Assembly (NCBI GenBank): GCA_040954595.2
Contig: CM082585.2
Span: 1,612,318 to 1,676,317, forward strand
Length of the DNA: 64,000 bases
Reading direction: 5' to 3'
Source: Balanoglossus misakiensis
Taxonomy: Eukaryota > Animalia > Hemichordata
Position 1 is the stretch's first letter. Every line of letters starts with the position of its first letter. Of this stretch, positions 60,536-64,000 are shown in pieces. A program made the position numbers and the translations under genes. Below the pieces are notes generated by a model. It saw only the letters and a program-made list of their open reading frames with translations. It had not been told where the DNA came from and did no database searches.

Positions 60536-61203
60536 TGGAACAAAAACCAGCCCTATCGCCCTGTTGGTTAGTGTCTAATTAAATGTACAAAATCAATGAC
60601 TTAGGCAGGTGCAACAGACGACCCCGCCTTTGGTATATCATTATGGTCCCATCCGTATATGCCCCCCCCCCCCTCCCAAGCCAAAGCTGCATGCATCTGC
60701 TGTGGATGCTCACTAAGCAAAAGTAGGTGAAAGGTCACATAAGGTCGCCCACAACTTGACGGGAAAATCGGACTTCATATTGATCCATGTGCAACAAATA
60801 GCACGCTACCACCCCTTTCATTGACCCCACAATTACGCATGCACATAATTATTGAGTTATGCAGGTGTCACAGGTGACACCCGAATCGGGTGTATTATTT
60901 TAGTCCCATACAGCTGCATGTAGCTGCGTGCCGTTACGGGCGACCTGATAACCCACACGGCCACCTGCGGGCCGACCCCCATACTGAACGTCCAGTTGCA
61001 ACATCACGACTGAAGTAGGAACTTTTGAACGGCAACGAAGCCTGATCTCTGATTATTGCTGGTACCATACTCCTGTCGTGCAAGAAAATCACTGGTCTGC
61101 TGACGTATTTCAGCCAATTTCCCAAACTACTATCCACTACATGTGACTACAATGCTAATGAAACCTCCCACAACATTAGCGACTTAGGGTCAAAGTCCAC
61201 TGT

Positions 61204-63740
61204 TTAAAATTTTTTCATCGGTTTTACTTTAAAGGATGCCCACAAACTGCAACAGTAAATATTACTACAATATGCCAAAAATAAAACTTTCTTCACATCT
61301 TGACTAAAATGTTGAAAATGTCTCAATAGCATGTTTGCTCTAACACAAAATGCTCTTCTCTGTCGTTCAATATCTTCATTATCACAACCCTCACAAGATA
61401 TAACGTGGCCCAGATAGGTGTGTACAGGTACAAACTTTAAAGTGATGTCATTAAGTTTAACCGAAGGAATTCTTTGAACGCTCATATTCTTCCCATTAAA
61501 AAGCATGCACACAGTTTTACTAGAATTATAAATTATATCATAATCCTTGCCATAAATTTCACAAATTCTAAGAAGACGGTGTAGACCCTTAATACTTGGA
61601 CTGAGTAGAGTCATGTCGTCAGCGTAACCTAAAGTGTTAGCGCTGACACCACACATGGTACAGCCAACTTTGGCTTTACAGAGTGCATTGATAAGATCAT
61701 CAATGTAGACATTAAAAAGATAGGGAGAGAGTACTCCCCCTTGTCTTACACCGTTAGAAACAGAAAACAACTCTGAGGTTTCATTACCCCACAACACAGT
61801 AAACAATTGATTTCTGTACCATTAAAGGTCACATGTCATGCTTTGGAAAGTTTTCATTTTTCCACGTCAAAAGCTCACCTAGGGTACCTGTCTATGCATT
61901 GCCTATTGTGTCGGTTCCGAAAAATGTGCACGAATGCCGGAATTTGCCACCTTTTTTCATGCCTGTGATCGGGGAGCCACTTCGCACTCGAGCCAGGCGA
62001 AGGTATTTGCATATGGACAAACAAGTACACTATGTCGTAGTGTACCATTCTGTTTACAGTAAAGTGTAATTATCGGTCCATGAGTAATTAAGTCCACAGA
62101 CAAAGATAAGCTATATAAACAGTGTTCAAAGCAAAGGAAGCCCTTGCCTCACATTGCAGGCAGAGGATTTACAAAGGTGTGAAAGACTATTTGTCCACAT
62201 CAAGATAAGTCTTCGGCTTAACTTCGAAAAGCCAAAAAAAATCGACTGAGTTGGGTTAGGGGTACACGCCCACCCGCCACTTTTACTTGCTTGTTATCTA
62301 AGCACAAGGGGCAAAACGCATTGCAAGATAGTAACATACGTTAACTTCAAGACCCAAATAGTGATTTTACGCGTGGTTGTATAGGGCATGGCATGTGACC
62401 TTTAATATAAAATTCGTACAGCATACAAGGGAACATTCCTGTCGATGAGCTTGTTAATCAGTTTAAAGTGATTAACTCTGTCAAAAGCTTTTGAAGCATC
62501 CAGAAAACAAGTAAACACTGGTCTTCCATTGCTGGTGTAGTAGCTAATGATTTCTTTAAATGCAAATAAACACAGGTCAGTTGAATGTTCTCGCTTGAAA
62601 CCAAATTGTAAATAATGAGAGGTAAGAAACTCCTCACAACGAGAAAGTAAAATAGGCTCAAAAACTTTAGAGAAAACAGTTGCTAGTGCTATCGGCCGGT
62701 AGTTACTGGCATCACTACAAAGCTTAGTTTTATCCTTAATTGGAACTAAAATAACTTTGATAGCCTCAGTTTGCAGGTAACCATGAACAATCAAGTCAAA
62801 ATGGGTAAAATAGAGGAGTCTGAGAATTTGAGGTGCTCAGCTGAAATATTGTCAATGCCAGCTGTCTTATCGTCAGGTAACTTATGTATAGCAGAAATTA
62901 CTTCTTCTTCAGAAACATACATATCAGAAGAAAATTTAACATACTTCATTTTCTCCTCGATGTCATTTTTACCAGTCTGAGCCTGGACAGAATTCAAAAT
63001 ATCACTGAAATGCTTGTGCCACATAATTGCAATTTCACTCTCACCAGTCGCTCCACCTACAGTGTCAGAAAGCGGCATTTTTCTGCTAGTTTGCTTTCTG
63101 ACTTCCTTCCAGAAGTCGTTCTGTTTGTGGCAGCGTAAATTGTCAGCCATCTTGTCAGCCCTATTTTGATTCTCAATCTTTTTACAAGCACGTAAAGCAT
63201 ACTTAAAACGAGCTCTGGAAGATTTCATGGTTTCAAAAAGCGGGCCTTGTTAAGGTTTACCCCCATTAACCCATAATAAAAACATGGAACGGGCATAGTC
63301 GTGACTTTCTTTTACAAAATCGTTCCAGCCATGCACAACATGAACTTTCTGGTGAAACTTACGCCTAATGGTATCTTTTGCAGCACAATTCAATGCGTCC
63401 ACAACACTACTATAACAAGTATCAATTGCCTGTAAATGCGAAGGGTATGTACAGTTCACATTAGTGCAGAATAACTCTTCGGATATATTAATCTTATCAA
63501 CCTTGGCTTTGGTACAACGGGTGTAGGCGGATATATTCTGCTGTGACAATTTTTTCCAATCAACTCGAAAATTACATTGCTTGAAGGAACTACTGCTGAA
63601 GCATTCATCAGCAGAAGTGTTGAAATGAACCTCTATTGAAACAGGAATATGGTCGGAGTCAACAACATTGCAAAGACTCGAAATTGAAAGAACATTGCTA
63701 TAAAAAATTTTAGTGGTAACACAGTGGTCAATCCAAACTC
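61204..63740 (-). pseudogene. Degenerate non-LTR retrotransposon ORF2 fragment (APE C-terminus plus RT), RTE-X-like
   Basis: WIDHCV..SDHIP, GWNDFVKESH..SRARFKYALR, NYRPIAL..SKVFE, QFGFK, FLDASKAFDRV, GVRQGGVLSPYLFNVYIDDL, YADD. Contains stops and frameshifts and is split by a MITE. The clade call is less certain than the LINE call. Confidence 0.88.
61826..62401. mobile_element. 576-bp TTAA-flanked MITE (Kolobok-like) inserted in the LINE RT domain
   Basis: TTAA-AGGTCACATG(T/C)CATGC...GCATGGCATGTGACCT-TTAA. Removing it rejoins AVRILY and WYRNQLFTVLWG. Confidence 0.9.
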
Positions 63741-64000
63741 AGCGTAATTCAATAAAACGCCCTAACACAGCCTGAACTCCGATAATGTGTTGTCCCAAAA
63801 TTCATTCCGTGGAAAATAATCACTGGTCTGTTTACGTATTTCAGCCGATTTTCCAAGGACTACTGCAACCCGCCAGAAGTGAGTAGCCTGCTAATGAGAT
63901 CTCCACAACATTACGTAATGACGGTCAAAGTCCGATGCCCCAGTGTCCGTCCTCAGCCCACCAAAAAATGCGAAAAAATATTACAAAAATCTTCTTCTCA

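Overview
AT-rich, repeat-dense genomic DNA from an animal, most likely a marine invertebrate (inferred from the TE complement; the taxon cannot be proven from sequence alone). (1) 0.15-9.9 kb: phase-1 exons of a + strand extracellular protein gene (three Sushi/CCP and two calcium-binding EGF modules; the last EGF has an uninflatable/uif-like insert). I found no further exon in the remaining 54 kb. (2) One of its introns holds an intact, apparently very young Gmr1-like Ty3/gypsy LTR retrotransposon (1646-8207): 832-bp LTRs, CTATG TSD, exact 18-nt tRNA-Pro PBS, one gag-PR-IN-RT-RH ORF with an atypical ILDD RT motif. (3) 10.8-24.1 kb: a 90/74-bp satellite with higher-order repeats, split by a MITE with a 7-bp TSD. 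(4) 24-64 kb: minisatellites, Helentron-like repeats, many MITEs, a local segmental duplication, a 4-kb foldback element nested in a small 9-bp-TSD element, an intron-containing hAT transposase pseudogene, and L2 and RTE-X-like LINE fragments. The most unusual signal is a duplicated set of minus-strand mini-exons with good splice signals and no convincing shared ORF. Two paralogous exons in this set are mutually complementary, so a long hairpin would form across their splice junction.
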